Shown here: piece by piece, positions 53,030-64,000 of the stretch
How the letters are laid out: the number at the start of each line of letters is the position of its first letter
Position numbering within the stretch: position 1 is the first letter of the stretch
Assembly: GCA_951406725.2 (NCBI GenBank)
Contig: OX597835.1
Location: 4,650,001-4,714,000, forward strand
Direction of reading: 5' to 3'
Length of the DNA stretch: 64,000 nucleotides
From: Octopus vulgaris
Lineage: Eukaryota
Program-made: the position numbers and the translations under genes
Notes under the pieces: generated by a model
The model's input: only the letters and a program-made list of their open reading frames with translations
What the model was told of the DNA's origin: nothing
Database searches by the model: none

Positions 53030-53845
53030 ATTTTAAATTTTAGAGTTACTTGACATAAATTTAATTCTGTCGGAATTGACTTCAGATACAATAACCTTGT
53101 TATTAATATTTCTAGAGGGATGGATCGTATTAGCTAAATTAATGTTAGTATTAGTAAATGTATTAATATTTAACAGGTGTTTATTATGTGAAGAGATAAT
53201 TTGTAAGAGATTTTTTTGTGTTGGAAAAACCAATCTTAACCGTATGTGAATTGATAATAGAGTAATACCTAGAATTCTTTGGAAAATTCCTAATAATAGC
53301 TTGACGAAGGTGCAATGGGAGATTAGATTTAATTTGTCTCCCGTATGGAAGAATGAACCAAATATTTTTACTACTGTTTATCTTATTTTTAGTGTAATTA
53401 TTTTTGAAAGTCTTACATTTACTTTTAGAATGATAATAGGGGATTAAATAAGGGTCATCTCCCTTCCTCTGCTTTGTATCAGTGCATAAGTTATGCTTGT
53501 TATCGATAATACCTTTACAACTAGATTTCATACCAACATAGAAAATTTTCTCTGTATAATCTGCTTTAAGTAAAGCAGCGTTATAAAATCCAGCGTTATC
53601 ATTGAAAATGTCAACATTAGCAGATAACTTAGATAATCTAAATGAAATAGTTTTAACTAAGTTCTTAGTAATTGCCCTAGAATGATTACTAAATTTTCTA
53701 ATGTACTTTAGATTGGTCAATGGTTTATGATATGGGAAGTAAGAGTTACTGTGTAAGTTAAGCGTAATATCTAAAAAGTTGGCTTCCGTCATATCATCAT
53801 CAAAAACGATGCTTAAGCCCATTCTACTGAAAAATTTAACTAAAC

Positions 53846-53850
<5 letters not shown>
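53030..53850 (-). mobile_element. Penelope-like element RT-thumb/linker fragment
   Basis: ANFLDITLNL...YFPYHKP...YI.KFSNH...ISFRLSKLSAN...F...Y..AL and NIWFILPY motifs. Confidence 0.88.
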
Positions 53851-53938
<88 letters not shown>

Positions 53939-53941
<3 letters not shown>

Positions 53942-54258
53942 CGCAGGAGTGGCTGTGTGGTAAGTAGCTTGCTAACCAACCACATGGTTGCGGGTTCAGT
54001 CCCACTGCGTGGCATCTTGGGCAAGTGTCTTCTGCTATAGCCCCGGGCCGACCAATGCCTTGTGAGTGGATTTGGTAGACGGAAACTGAAAGAAGCCTGT
54101 CGTATATATGTATATATATATATATGTATGTGTGTGTGTTTGTGTGTGTGTGTTTGTTCCCCTAGCATTGTCTGACAACCGATGCTGGTGTGTTTACGTC
54201 CCCGTCACTTAGCGGTTCGGCAAAAAGAGACCGATAGAATAAGTACTGGGCTTACAAA
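53939..54258 (+). mobile_element. SINE family A, 3'-truncated
   Basis: Head and body identical to the other copies. Confidence 0.9.
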
Positions 54259-54313
54259 AAAAAATATTTATATATATATATATTTATATATATATGTATC
54301 TATATTTTTTATA

Positions 54314-54345
<32 letters not shown>

Positions 54346-54500
54346 AAATATTAGGGAATAAATCCAAACTTACTTGCCTAATAGTGGTTTTGTCTCTAAT
54401 TTAATATAATATATATATACAATATATATATATATATATATATTATATGTATATTCATACATACACATATATAATTTATATATATATACATACACATATA

Positions 54501-54549
<49 letters not shown>

Positions 54550-54599
54550 TACATACACATATAATGTATATATATATATATATATCATACATACACATA

Positions 54600-54644
<45 letters not shown>

Positions 54645-55439
54645 TACATACACATATATAATTTATATATATATATAGTGAAGGTGCATGGCTCAGTGTT
54701 TAGAGCATCGAGATTACGATCGTGATGTGAGTTCGATTTCCGGACCGGGCTGCGTGTTGTGTTCTTGATCAAGACACTTTATCTAACGTTGCTCCACCTG
54801 TAGAATTGAGTTGCGACATCACTGGTTCCAAGCTATATCGGCCTTTGCCTTTCACTTGGATAACATCCAAGAAAGGAGTCTGGTATGCATGGGTGACTGC
54901 TGGCCTTCCATAAACCACTTTGTTCGGACATGTGCCTCGGAGGGTAACTTTCTAGGGGCAATCCCTTGATCATTCATGACCGAAGGGGTCTCCTCCTCCT
55001 TCTGTATATTTATATATACCAAGACCGCAATCACTATACAAATAAATGGATATGGAAGCACTCCGTCGGTTACGACGACGAGGGTTCCGGTTGATCCGAA
55101 TCAACGGAACAGCCTGCTCGTGAAATTAACGTGTAAGTGGCTGAGCACTCCACAGACACGTGTACCCTTAACGTAGTTCTCGGGGATATTCAGCGTGACA
55201 CAGAGAGTGACAAGGCCGGCCCTTTGAAATACAGGTACAACAGAAACAGGAAGTAAGAGTGAGAGAAAGTTGTGGTGAAAGAGTACAGCAGGGATCACCA
55301 CCATCCCCTGCCAGAGCCCTCGTGGAGCTTTTAGGTGTTTTCACTCAATAAACACTCACAACGCCCGGTCTGGGAATCGAAACCGCGATCCTATGACCGC
55401 GAGTCTGCTGCCCTAACCACTGGGCCATTGCGCCTCCAC

Positions 55440-56515
55440 ATACAAATAAATAACAATTAAATAACAGAAATCCTCACGATAAAGCCATTAACACTAACTA
55501 CACCAACAATAAGAAGAGCATAGATAAGCTCTAACAAAAATAATAGCAATAGAAACAATGTTAAGTCCCATACACAAATCAATAATATTACAACAACGAC
55601 GACATGGATACCAACAATGTGATAATCAATAAGGTTAACAACAATGACAAGATCATTAACGTGAATTATAAAAATAAGTTGAAAAATAATAATAACTATA
55701 ATAAGAATAATATAAACCTACAAATCGATAAGAATAAAAATATAGAGCCCCAAAGAAAAAAGATAAACTTTGTTAAAAACCATAGCACCAAGTCATTGAG
55801 TCCACATAAACCATACAGAAATTACTTTGATAAAACAAACAGGAGCAATGGTAAAGATAAACCCAACTATAGAAATAAGCACATTAGTCTTAACTATAAT
55901 TTCACAAGCCTTACAAACAATGGGGGTAGTTTCTATACTAGACAATAAACGTATTAGTGATAAGATCTGACTCGTAATCCCTTTTGCCTTGTACCTCAAA
56001 TCCAACGTAGTTCGCTCATTAAGTAAACTAATAGATAAACACTTAAAGGTAAATATGCAGCAATATTTAGGAATAAAATTAGAGTAGGCATCAGCCTGAC
56101 TAGTAAGCTAGCTACCATCATAGCCTCAATTAATAATAAAAAGCTAGACACTTTCTATGAAGCTTGGAAATAAGGAACAATAAATCTAACCATCAATAGA
56201 CTAATAGAACAAATCCCACCACTAATGAAGCGCCTCGTGACACAGACAAAGGCCAGAGTAGTAATGGCCTCCTACAAACACAACACGAACACAGATATGC
56301 CTAATAATTTATGTAGCTGCAAGGATAGAAGTAAGTGCCATTTCTCTAATAGATGTAAAACTAAAAACATAGTTTACTAACGTGACATACACACAAATAG
56401 CCATATAAAATCCTATATAGGAGCCACGAAAAACTAGATGATACTCAGGTATAACGCACACCAATCTAGCTTCAGAAATAGGAGCAAGGCAAATTCAACT
56501 GGGCTTAATTGCTAT
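55440..56515 (+). mobile_element. Penelope-like element linker and GIY-YIG endonuclease remnant
   Basis: Asn-rich linker, then CSC....C....C.TKNIVY...SYIGAT....RYNAHQSSFR...STGL; stops. Confidence 0.85.
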
Positions 56516-56519
56516 ATCA

Positions 56520-57850
56520 TGAGAAGGAGACAGGTAGTCAACAGCGAAGGCACCCAGTTACCAGACGGCCAGTGATTAAAATCTTTGAAAGGAAGAGATT
56601 GTTATAAGTATCTAGGGATATTATAATCTAACAAAGTAATAACTGTAGAATTGAAAGTGAAAATTGAGAAGGAATACATCAGAAGAATGAGGAAGCTAAT
56701 TAAGTCAAACCAAATGGTCCAAATCTAGTGAAGGCTGTAAATATTAGGACAGTATAATTACTTAGATACTCAGCAGTTTTTGTAGATTGGACAAAAACTG
56801 AATTAGCAAAGCTAGAAAAAAAATAGGAAGGAATTCAATATGAATAGAGGACTCCACCCAAAGGCAGGAGTAGCAAGATTATACCTACCTAGAAAAGGAG
56901 GCGGAAGAGGGTTAGTATCAGTAGAAGACTTCGTGGAGTTAGCTAGAGTAGACATAGGCTCCTATGTAGGTAATAGTGAAGGAAGTTTATTAAAAACTGC
57001 TAGAATCACAGCATGACAAGGGAAACCTAAAACTCAAACGAGGTTAAAAACCAGAAAAAAAGAACAGAAATTATCTGACTGGCAGGAGAAGGCTTTGCAT
57101 GGCAGATTCCCAAAGATGATTGCAGCAAGTAGTAGTAGTGAGACATGGTTATGGTTTCAGAAAGGAAAGCTGAAAATGAAGACAGAAAGTTTGTTAGTAG
57201 TTGCATAAGTTGAAGCATTAAGGACTAATTGGATAACAGCCAAGATAGACAAATACCAAGTAGATTCCCAATATAGATTATGCAAATTAAAAGAGGAAAG
57301 CGTTACTCATATAGTAAGTGAATGTAGCATGGTGGCACAGAAAGGATAAAAAAAGAAAAGACATGACGACCTAGGGAGAGTAATCCACTGGGAGTTATGT
57401 AGAAAGGTAGGATTTGAACATACTGATAAATGGTATGAATATGAGCCTAGTAAAGTAATAAAGTACTAGAAAGTAAGAAATGCAAGATGTTGTGGGACTT
57501 CGACATTCAGACTAACAGAGTAATAGAAGCTAGAAGGCCTGATTCAATAGTGGAAGATAAAAAGCATAAAAAGTCCCAAATGATGAAAAAATCAATACGG
57601 AAGGTAAAGAGAAAGCAGTAAAATATCAGGACCTAGCCATAGCCATTGAATTACAGAGACTATGGAAAGTGCGGGTAAAATGCACCCCAGCAGTTATAGA
57701 TGCATTGGAAACTATCTGTAAAAATCTGAACAGATGGATAGCGGAAACAGTGTTATTAGGGACAGCTAGGATTCTTAGGAGGGTTCTTGGCATCTAAGCT
57801 TACTTGTTGTAGCCTCATGTTAGAACTTTTGTCTTTTCCAACAGTCTTAT
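56520..57850 (+). mobile_element. R4/Dong-type RLE LINE 3' half, degenerate
   Basis: YKYLGI, RLYLPRK.GGRGL, RLC...ESVTHIVSEC, RHD, LWDFDIQT...RRPD, KYQDL and LLGTARILRRVL motifs. Confidence 0.9.
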
Positions 57851-57915
57851 CTGTTGTGTGTATTTGAAAATAATAATAATGATGATGATGATATGATAAT
57901 AATAATAATTCTTAC

Positions 57916-58074
57916 TTCTTCGTAATTGCCATTCATTATCCAATCACTATACGACTTTGTCATCTCTTCTCGGCTGATTCCTTTCTGGTGCGCGGTAAAA
58001 TTTCTGCTGTAAGCATTTTTATCGTCAACGCCGACTTCCTTGATGTAATCCTCTGCAGCCTTTTCTTCGAGCAT
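57916..58074 (-). CDS. METTL27/WBSCR27-like SAM methyltransferase, coding exon 1 (MLEEKAAEDY...NGNYEE, 53 aa)
   Basis: ATG at 58074 with an in-frame TAA just upstream. Acceptor ttttccag precedes 58090 and donor GAA|gtaag follows 57916 (phase 0). Y-x-x-W...YEE motif is typical of the WBSCR27 N-terminus. Confidence 0.88.
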
Positions 58075-58743
58075 GATTTGATCCAATTAACTGGAAAAGT
58101 ACAGAAAAATCAAATAAAACAACAATACTAGAACAGAATGCAACAAGTGAAATAAGTATTAACGCCAGCAAAATATTTGGTTTGAACGAATATATTGCCA
58201 CCGATGTCCCATAGCGCTGTCTGTTATCACTCGTCTACTGTCCTGTCACTAACTGCTAATCTGTTCAACCTTTAAAAATTTCGTTGTTATCAGGAAAAAA
58301 AAAAGAAAAAAGAAAAAGAAGAAAAAAAAAAAAAAGAAAACAAAATATTCGGTAAATGAACAGAAAGTCTTCTTCAGAACGTATATTATAACCTGCAATT
58401 GTAGTCCTTATCTGAGGCTGAAAGTGAAATGAAGTGTGATGGAATCCACTTTACAAATTTGGCTCTTTGAGAATTCTTCTTTTCTTACTATACTTACAAT
58501 CAACTATAACTAATTCCAGCCACAACAGAGTCAAGGATTTCTGTCAATTGCTCCTCAACTATTCATCAGTCTGTCATATATTGCTGTCATTTATAATGTT
58601 GATGGGTGGTTGTAGGAACAGGAGGAGAGCTGTGTGCTGGGAAACACTTGTGGCGAAATGATTGGTCGAAATGCTTTGTATGGAGCATAAGAACACTTCA
58701 TTGATTTGGAGAAGTGTGGGCGTGCGCGTGCGTGTGTGTGCAT

Positions 58744-58781
<38 letters not shown>

Positions 58782-58879
58782 GAGAGAGAGAGAGAGAGCA
58801 GGGTGAGTGAGATGAGTATAATCAGATGCATTTATGGAATTTTAAAGAAATAAAGACAGTTGTAGCTACGATTAGGGCC

Positions 58880-59560
58880 TAGGGTTCAACTAGCTCTCCG
58901 ACCAGGAACTCGGAGAGTCAAAGAAACGATTGTGACTGTCTCCTTAAAGAATGAACCTTGTGCAATTTTGTGAAGACCCTGTCCCACGTGGCCCATGAGG
59001 AAGTCATGCTTCGCTTTACTAAGAATCTCTTGGAGGCGGAATGTAAAAGACAAATGGGTGAAAGTGAATTTGGAGTTTCAGGAAACGTGTTTCAAGGATC
59101 GTTTTTAATGAAATCTATCGCAGTTGTCTGGAATTCATCGACGTCTGTGTGTGAAGTGGATGAAAGAAGATTTGATGGTTCTACCAGTGTGTGAACGTTG
59201 CTAAGACAGTCAAACTTAATCAAATATTGACCTTTAATAAATATTTCCATTACCTCAGAAATACCGAAAAGGAACCGACGATTAGAAATTGTTCCTATAC
59301 GCAAATTTGTAGGTAAGTATTCGAAAAGAGGAGAAAAGTCAGAAGATATCAGTGAAGAAAAGGTCAACTTATCCGAAATAGCTTCTGTGTCAGACTGCAA
59401 TATATCTGTAGTGAGATACAGGGTGGATAAAAGAAGAGAAGACAACGGTAGAGAGTTTGTTTTATATGGGGTATGGAACGCATATGGTAACTTTCCCTGG
59501 TCAACTGAGTTGCAGGGAGAGGCTTGAGCATTCTCTAATAATAGTTGAGACAAGTTCAGT
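58880..59560 (-). mobile_element. Very old LINE endonuclease-region remnant
   Basis: Weak resemblance (LY..., AISD, NVH, SHTD, TFP, WDRVF) to an APE domain; no ATG and several stops. Confidence 0.3.
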
Positions 59561-59816
59561 AAGTCTCCAGGTGTTGTAGGTTATATCTATTTAATCATAA
59601 CATTTCGTAGAACAATACAATGCACGTATATATTTTAATGTGCCGCAGCAATTATAGAAACAATTAACTCATGTGTACAGAACAACGTTAATTACTATTA
59701 GAAGTGAAATTTAATACCGACTTTCATTATTACAGCCATCTGAAGTAAATAGGAAAATATCACACCCGTGACATAAGAAATACAGCTGTAGTTTAATAGC
59801 TCTCGGTCTCATAGCG

Positions 59817-59864
<48 letters not shown>

Positions 59865-59991
59865 CACACACATACATACATATGTATATATATACTTTTA
59901 TGAAAATACATACGTGTATGTATATATATGATACATACACACAAACACACATATATACATACATATGAACATACACATATATACATATATA

Positions 59992-60033
<42 letters not shown>

Positions 60034-60214
60034 CACATATGTACACACACATACATGTGCACGCACACACACATATACGAGTGAGCGGACAATTAAAAGA
60101 AGAGAGCACATTTAGTAGAAGTTAAATGTATTACTATTTAAAACAGTTTGATTCGGCTCAATGCGACATAAAGTTTCGCAGGCTACGGACAGAAACCCGG
60201 CTCGCTCAGGCTCA

Positions 60215-60295
60215 CATTACCGAATGAAGAAACATAGGAATTCCAAAATGGCTACTGGAAAATGAGCTGCTATTGGTCAAGGCGCGTCACGTGAT
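60215..60295 (-). promoter_or_regulatory. Probable promoter and short non-coding first exon of the methyltransferase gene
   Basis: CpG-rich patch with E-box GTCACGTGAT (60286-60295), CCAAT (60272-60276), YY1-like GCCATTTT (60245-60252) and donor CG|gtaatg after 60221. Coding exon 1 has an acceptor, so an upstream exon is required. Confidence 0.45.
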
Positions 60296-60950
60296 GTTGT
60301 TAGAAATGAGATCGGGCATTTCAGCAACACCAGATGCATTGGAAAAGAGAAATTCTTGGACCACGTGGCTGGACAGGAAGCTGGTGCCGCCTTGGTGTCT
60401 GGAAGGCCTTTGTGGGGACTTGAGAGTTCATAGAAGCAGACCGGCGAGAACGTGCGAGTGTGTGCGTGTTTGCTTACCAGGTGTATGAATGCGTGGATGT
60501 GTGTGTGTGTGTGTGTGTGTGTGTGTCTGTGCATGTTTGAATAGTTATGTATGTCTGTATACATTTCCAAAAATGAATTAAAACGACTTTCCTGATAATC
60601 TCTCTACTTTAATGGTTGGATATTTAGAATGGTACCGTGACTGTCAGTCTTCCAGGGATCAGAGGTTGTTTTGTGTACGAAAGGGATCTCTGATTTGGGA
60701 TTCAGTTTCTTGTTTCACAACGGTTTTCAAATTGTTCTTTTTTAGTATTAGAATTCTTTTAATATACTCTTAGTCTCAATCCGGGTGTTGGTAGGAGTGT
60801 TACAAAGCAACATACACTCACGTCACCCACACAGAATCCTCTCCAGCCACACAAGGGCCCTCGTTCTCCCCCCCCCCCCCAATCTCTCTCCTTGTTCGTG
60901 GGTGAGATGTAAAGCGTTTATGTTAATCGGCTTCAATTAATAAAACGCAA

Positions 60951-61001
<51 letters not shown>

Positions 61002-61389
61002 TCCTTTACTCACCCTGTAGACGCATATTTCTGCGCGCGCGCGAGTTTACCTCCAAAGACCTCCTAAAATGCAACAAACCCCTTATTTTTGTTCGGAAAA
61101 AAAAAGGAAGAGTGGGAAAACCAGAACCCACCCCACCATATCCCGGAATCAGTGCCAGAGCCGACGGCACGTAAAAAATACCATTCGAGCGTGATCGATG
61201 CTAGTGCCATCTGATTGGCCCATGTGCCAGTCACACCTGAAAAGCACCCAGTACCTGAGAAGGACATTTCCAAAAGTGATTCAATGACCTGCCTGGAGCG
61301 CCATATCTGAACAGCCGTACTCAATCGTCTTATTCTCTATATATACATATATACATACGTACATACATATACATATATTCATACATACG

Positions 61390-61425
<36 letters not shown>

Positions 61426-61880
61426 GGTGAGAAAGTTGGTATGTGAAAGCACGTGGTTGAATATATAGAAAATAGTAAAAAGTGGAAAAAACTACAGAAG
61501 GCTTGTTTTAGAAGGTTAAAAATATATATATTTGAGTCATTATGTCTGAAGAATGTTATAAATTTTTTTTCATACAATGACATAATTTTTGAAGAAAGAC
61601 TGGTTTCGCGTTCAGCTTTTCAAATTTCTTACAAATTTATATATATGAAAGTTAAAGGGTACAGGAGAAAAAAGTCAAACAGAACTTACATCCTCTCAGC
61701 TTTAAAAAACTGGTTGCCACCAGCTTTTCAAGCTGAGAGGATGTAAACTTTTTCTCCTTTTCTTCTCTTTTTCGCCGCTCCGCTCCTGTACCTCTTTCGT
61801 TTTTTTCCATAATGTTTCAAGTCATGCCGACGCAGAGCTATCGAATTATCGTCTGATTATTATATATACATATATCTCGT

Positions 61881-62012
61881 GTGCAAAGGTCCATCTTCAG
61901 AAGAGTACAGTCAAAGAAATGTGTGTCTGCGTAGATCTTGCTATCTGGATGGCAGGATCTACGTAGACACACCTTACTTTGACTGTACTCTTCTGAATAT
62001 GGACCTTTGTGC
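61881..62012. repeat. About 65-bp-stem hairpin
   Basis: Arms pair with 3 mismatches and several G-T pairs; 2-nt loop near 61946. Confidence 0.92.
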
Positions 62013-62699
62013 CCGAAATATAGAAAAAGTTTTAAACTTTCATCTCTCAGTTGTTAGAAGTTTTCATTTCATTTTACTTCTGTACAACAATGTTTTAAGC
62101 AAACTACGACGTTCTTCTTTCTTATATACACATACAGATACTGAAAATAAGAATAATCCACTCCTATAAAGATGAAAAGCTCTCTTAGGTCACATAAGAG
62201 TACCCCATTGCTCCAATCACTTTTCACTTTTTCTGAAACTGAGAGTTTGACGATCCTTATGAGCACTTTTGGTGTTAATCTGGATGAGAAATCTCCTTCG
62301 TCTTTTTGTTTAGTTGCACTTCGGCTGTTCATAAACTTCTCGTATGGTTTTCATTAGTAGTTTCTCATATAACGGTTTCATAAAATCGGAGCCCGACTCT
62401 TTCACAAGCATCACAACATTTCTTTCCTTTCGCTTCATTTCGTTCAACAGATCTGTCAGTTTTTCGTTTCAATACTTCTGCTATCAATGTTAACATAATT
62501 TTTCTACATTTGGTAACGTTTGAATATCTGCTGTGTCTGCTTCTTCGCTCTTGTTCAGTTTCCTTTTTCTTATTTATCTAAAGTTCTGTGTTAATGTTTT
62601 CACAAACTTTTTGCTTAAGGGAGCATTTTGGCGTGGTCACCTTTGTCGCTTGTACCCGTGACCCCTATCCCAGAAGATGAAGCCGCACTGAAACACCAG

Positions 62700-63110
62700 T
62701 AAACGAATATTTATCAAATACAGAACAGGACAATATCCAAGGACAATTTTATTTTTCCAACTCAAAGTAAATGGAGTGAAGATTGAAATTTTTCGAAGCT
62801 TTCCTTTTGTTGATAAAATATTCCAAAGAAATCAGTTTTATCCTTGAAATACGACAATACATATGCTATAAGAGAGCAATCAAACATCTGTTTATAGATG
62901 TCCTCAAGTTCTACTCGACGGCATGAAATGAGTGGATATACAATAAAAAACATCCAACTATAACAGTTGATAGGAATTTTGGTTTATTAAAATATGCCAA
63001 AGCAACCTTCACGAGAGGAAAAAATAATACTTTGCTATATAAAGAAACATAAATAAGCGATCTGGACCAAAGACAAAGTTATAAGTATTTAGCAACTAAT
63101 AAAATTAGAG
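62700..63110 (+). mobile_element. Degenerate R4-type RT remnant
   Basis: QG, D.LKFY, FGL.K.AKATF.RGK and DLDQRQSYKYL fragments. Confidence 0.55.
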
Positions 63111-63186
63111 TATAACTCACCCAAATTACAGGGAGGAAAACACACCAACACCGGTTGTTTAGCGGTGGTTGTTAAGCGGGACGAAT

Positions 63187-63218
<32 letters not shown>

Positions 63219-63517
63219 GACGGGCTTCTTTTAGTTTCCGCCTGCCAAATCCACTTACAAGGCTTTGTTCGGTTCGACGCCATAGTAGAAGACACTTGCT
63301 CAAGGTGTCCCGCAGTCTCGGAACCCGAAACCATGTAGTTGGGAAGTAAGTTTCATATTACGTAACCACACTTGCGCATATATATAAGCATGTTTTTTTT
63401 TTCTTTGTGACTCAATATATTATTTTTCTCCTTTGTTGCATTCAACCAGTCTGCAACAAAGAAACAAGTCGCTTTTGTTTAATTCAGGACGACTTTCGGT
63501 GTTAATTGATATCTGAA

Positions 63518-63593
<76 letters not shown>

Positions 63594-64000
63594 TGTGTGT
63601 GTGTGTTTCATGCAATTGATTGCATGTTCAAATATATGTTTATTCAGTCCAAAGCGAACATTTTGCTCTGCAATAGTCTAATTAATCAATAACAGTTAAG
63701 TGAAATATATATCATTAACGATCAATAGTGATTGCATGTTGATTCTATAGAATTTGTGTGAGAAATATTGAACAAATTTGTAAAGAATTGAAGAAGAAGA
63801 AACACTAGGCGAAACGAATTGTTTCAAGTTAAAGCCGATATGTCTACATGTTGTTACTTGTACAATGAACTGCGTAAGGACGATGTAATATTACTTTGAA
63901 TATATCTTCCTCTGTCTCTCTCACACACACATACATACGCGCGCGCGCGTGCACACACACACGCACACTCACGATGAGTTTCTGCGCAGAACCGTCTACC

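Noticed and set aside
53184-54005. Longest ORF (273 aa) as a host gene
   Set aside because: Chance fusion of antisense SINE, (TA)n and a Penelope fragment.
58075-58086. ORF-track start at 58086
   Set aside because: It is a TTG; the first ATG is at 58074.
59092-59553. 153-aa ORF as an extra exon or gene
   Set aside because: TTG start and no convincing splice sites; more consistent with an old LINE remnant.

Overview
Repeat-rich, AT-rich animal genomic DNA. The SINE families and (TA)n/(CA)n/(CATA)n microsatellites look like those of a cephalopod (octopus-type) genome; this taxon call is inference. One intact spliced gene can be rebuilt on the minus strand: five coding exons (58074-57916, 51927-51796, 46010-45878, 44945-44853, 40415-40231) with GT-AG sites and matching phases. 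It encodes a 233-aa class I SAM-dependent methyltransferase of the METTL27/WBSCR27 type, with a probable non-coding first exon and promoter near 60.2-60.3 kb. The rest is mostly transposon debris: tRNA-derived SINEs, CR1/RTE/R4/Tx1 LINE fragments, Penelope pieces with degraded hammerhead motifs, Tc1 (DD36E), rosa-like mariner, Merlin, hAT and mariner MITEs, Helitrons and two solo LTRs. The most unusual pattern is a SINE family that prefers an AA(T/G/A)ACC target also present inside itself. It forms head-to-tail arrays with the same junction at four loci. There are also several long near-perfect foldbacks. No prokaryotic features or CRISPR array are present.
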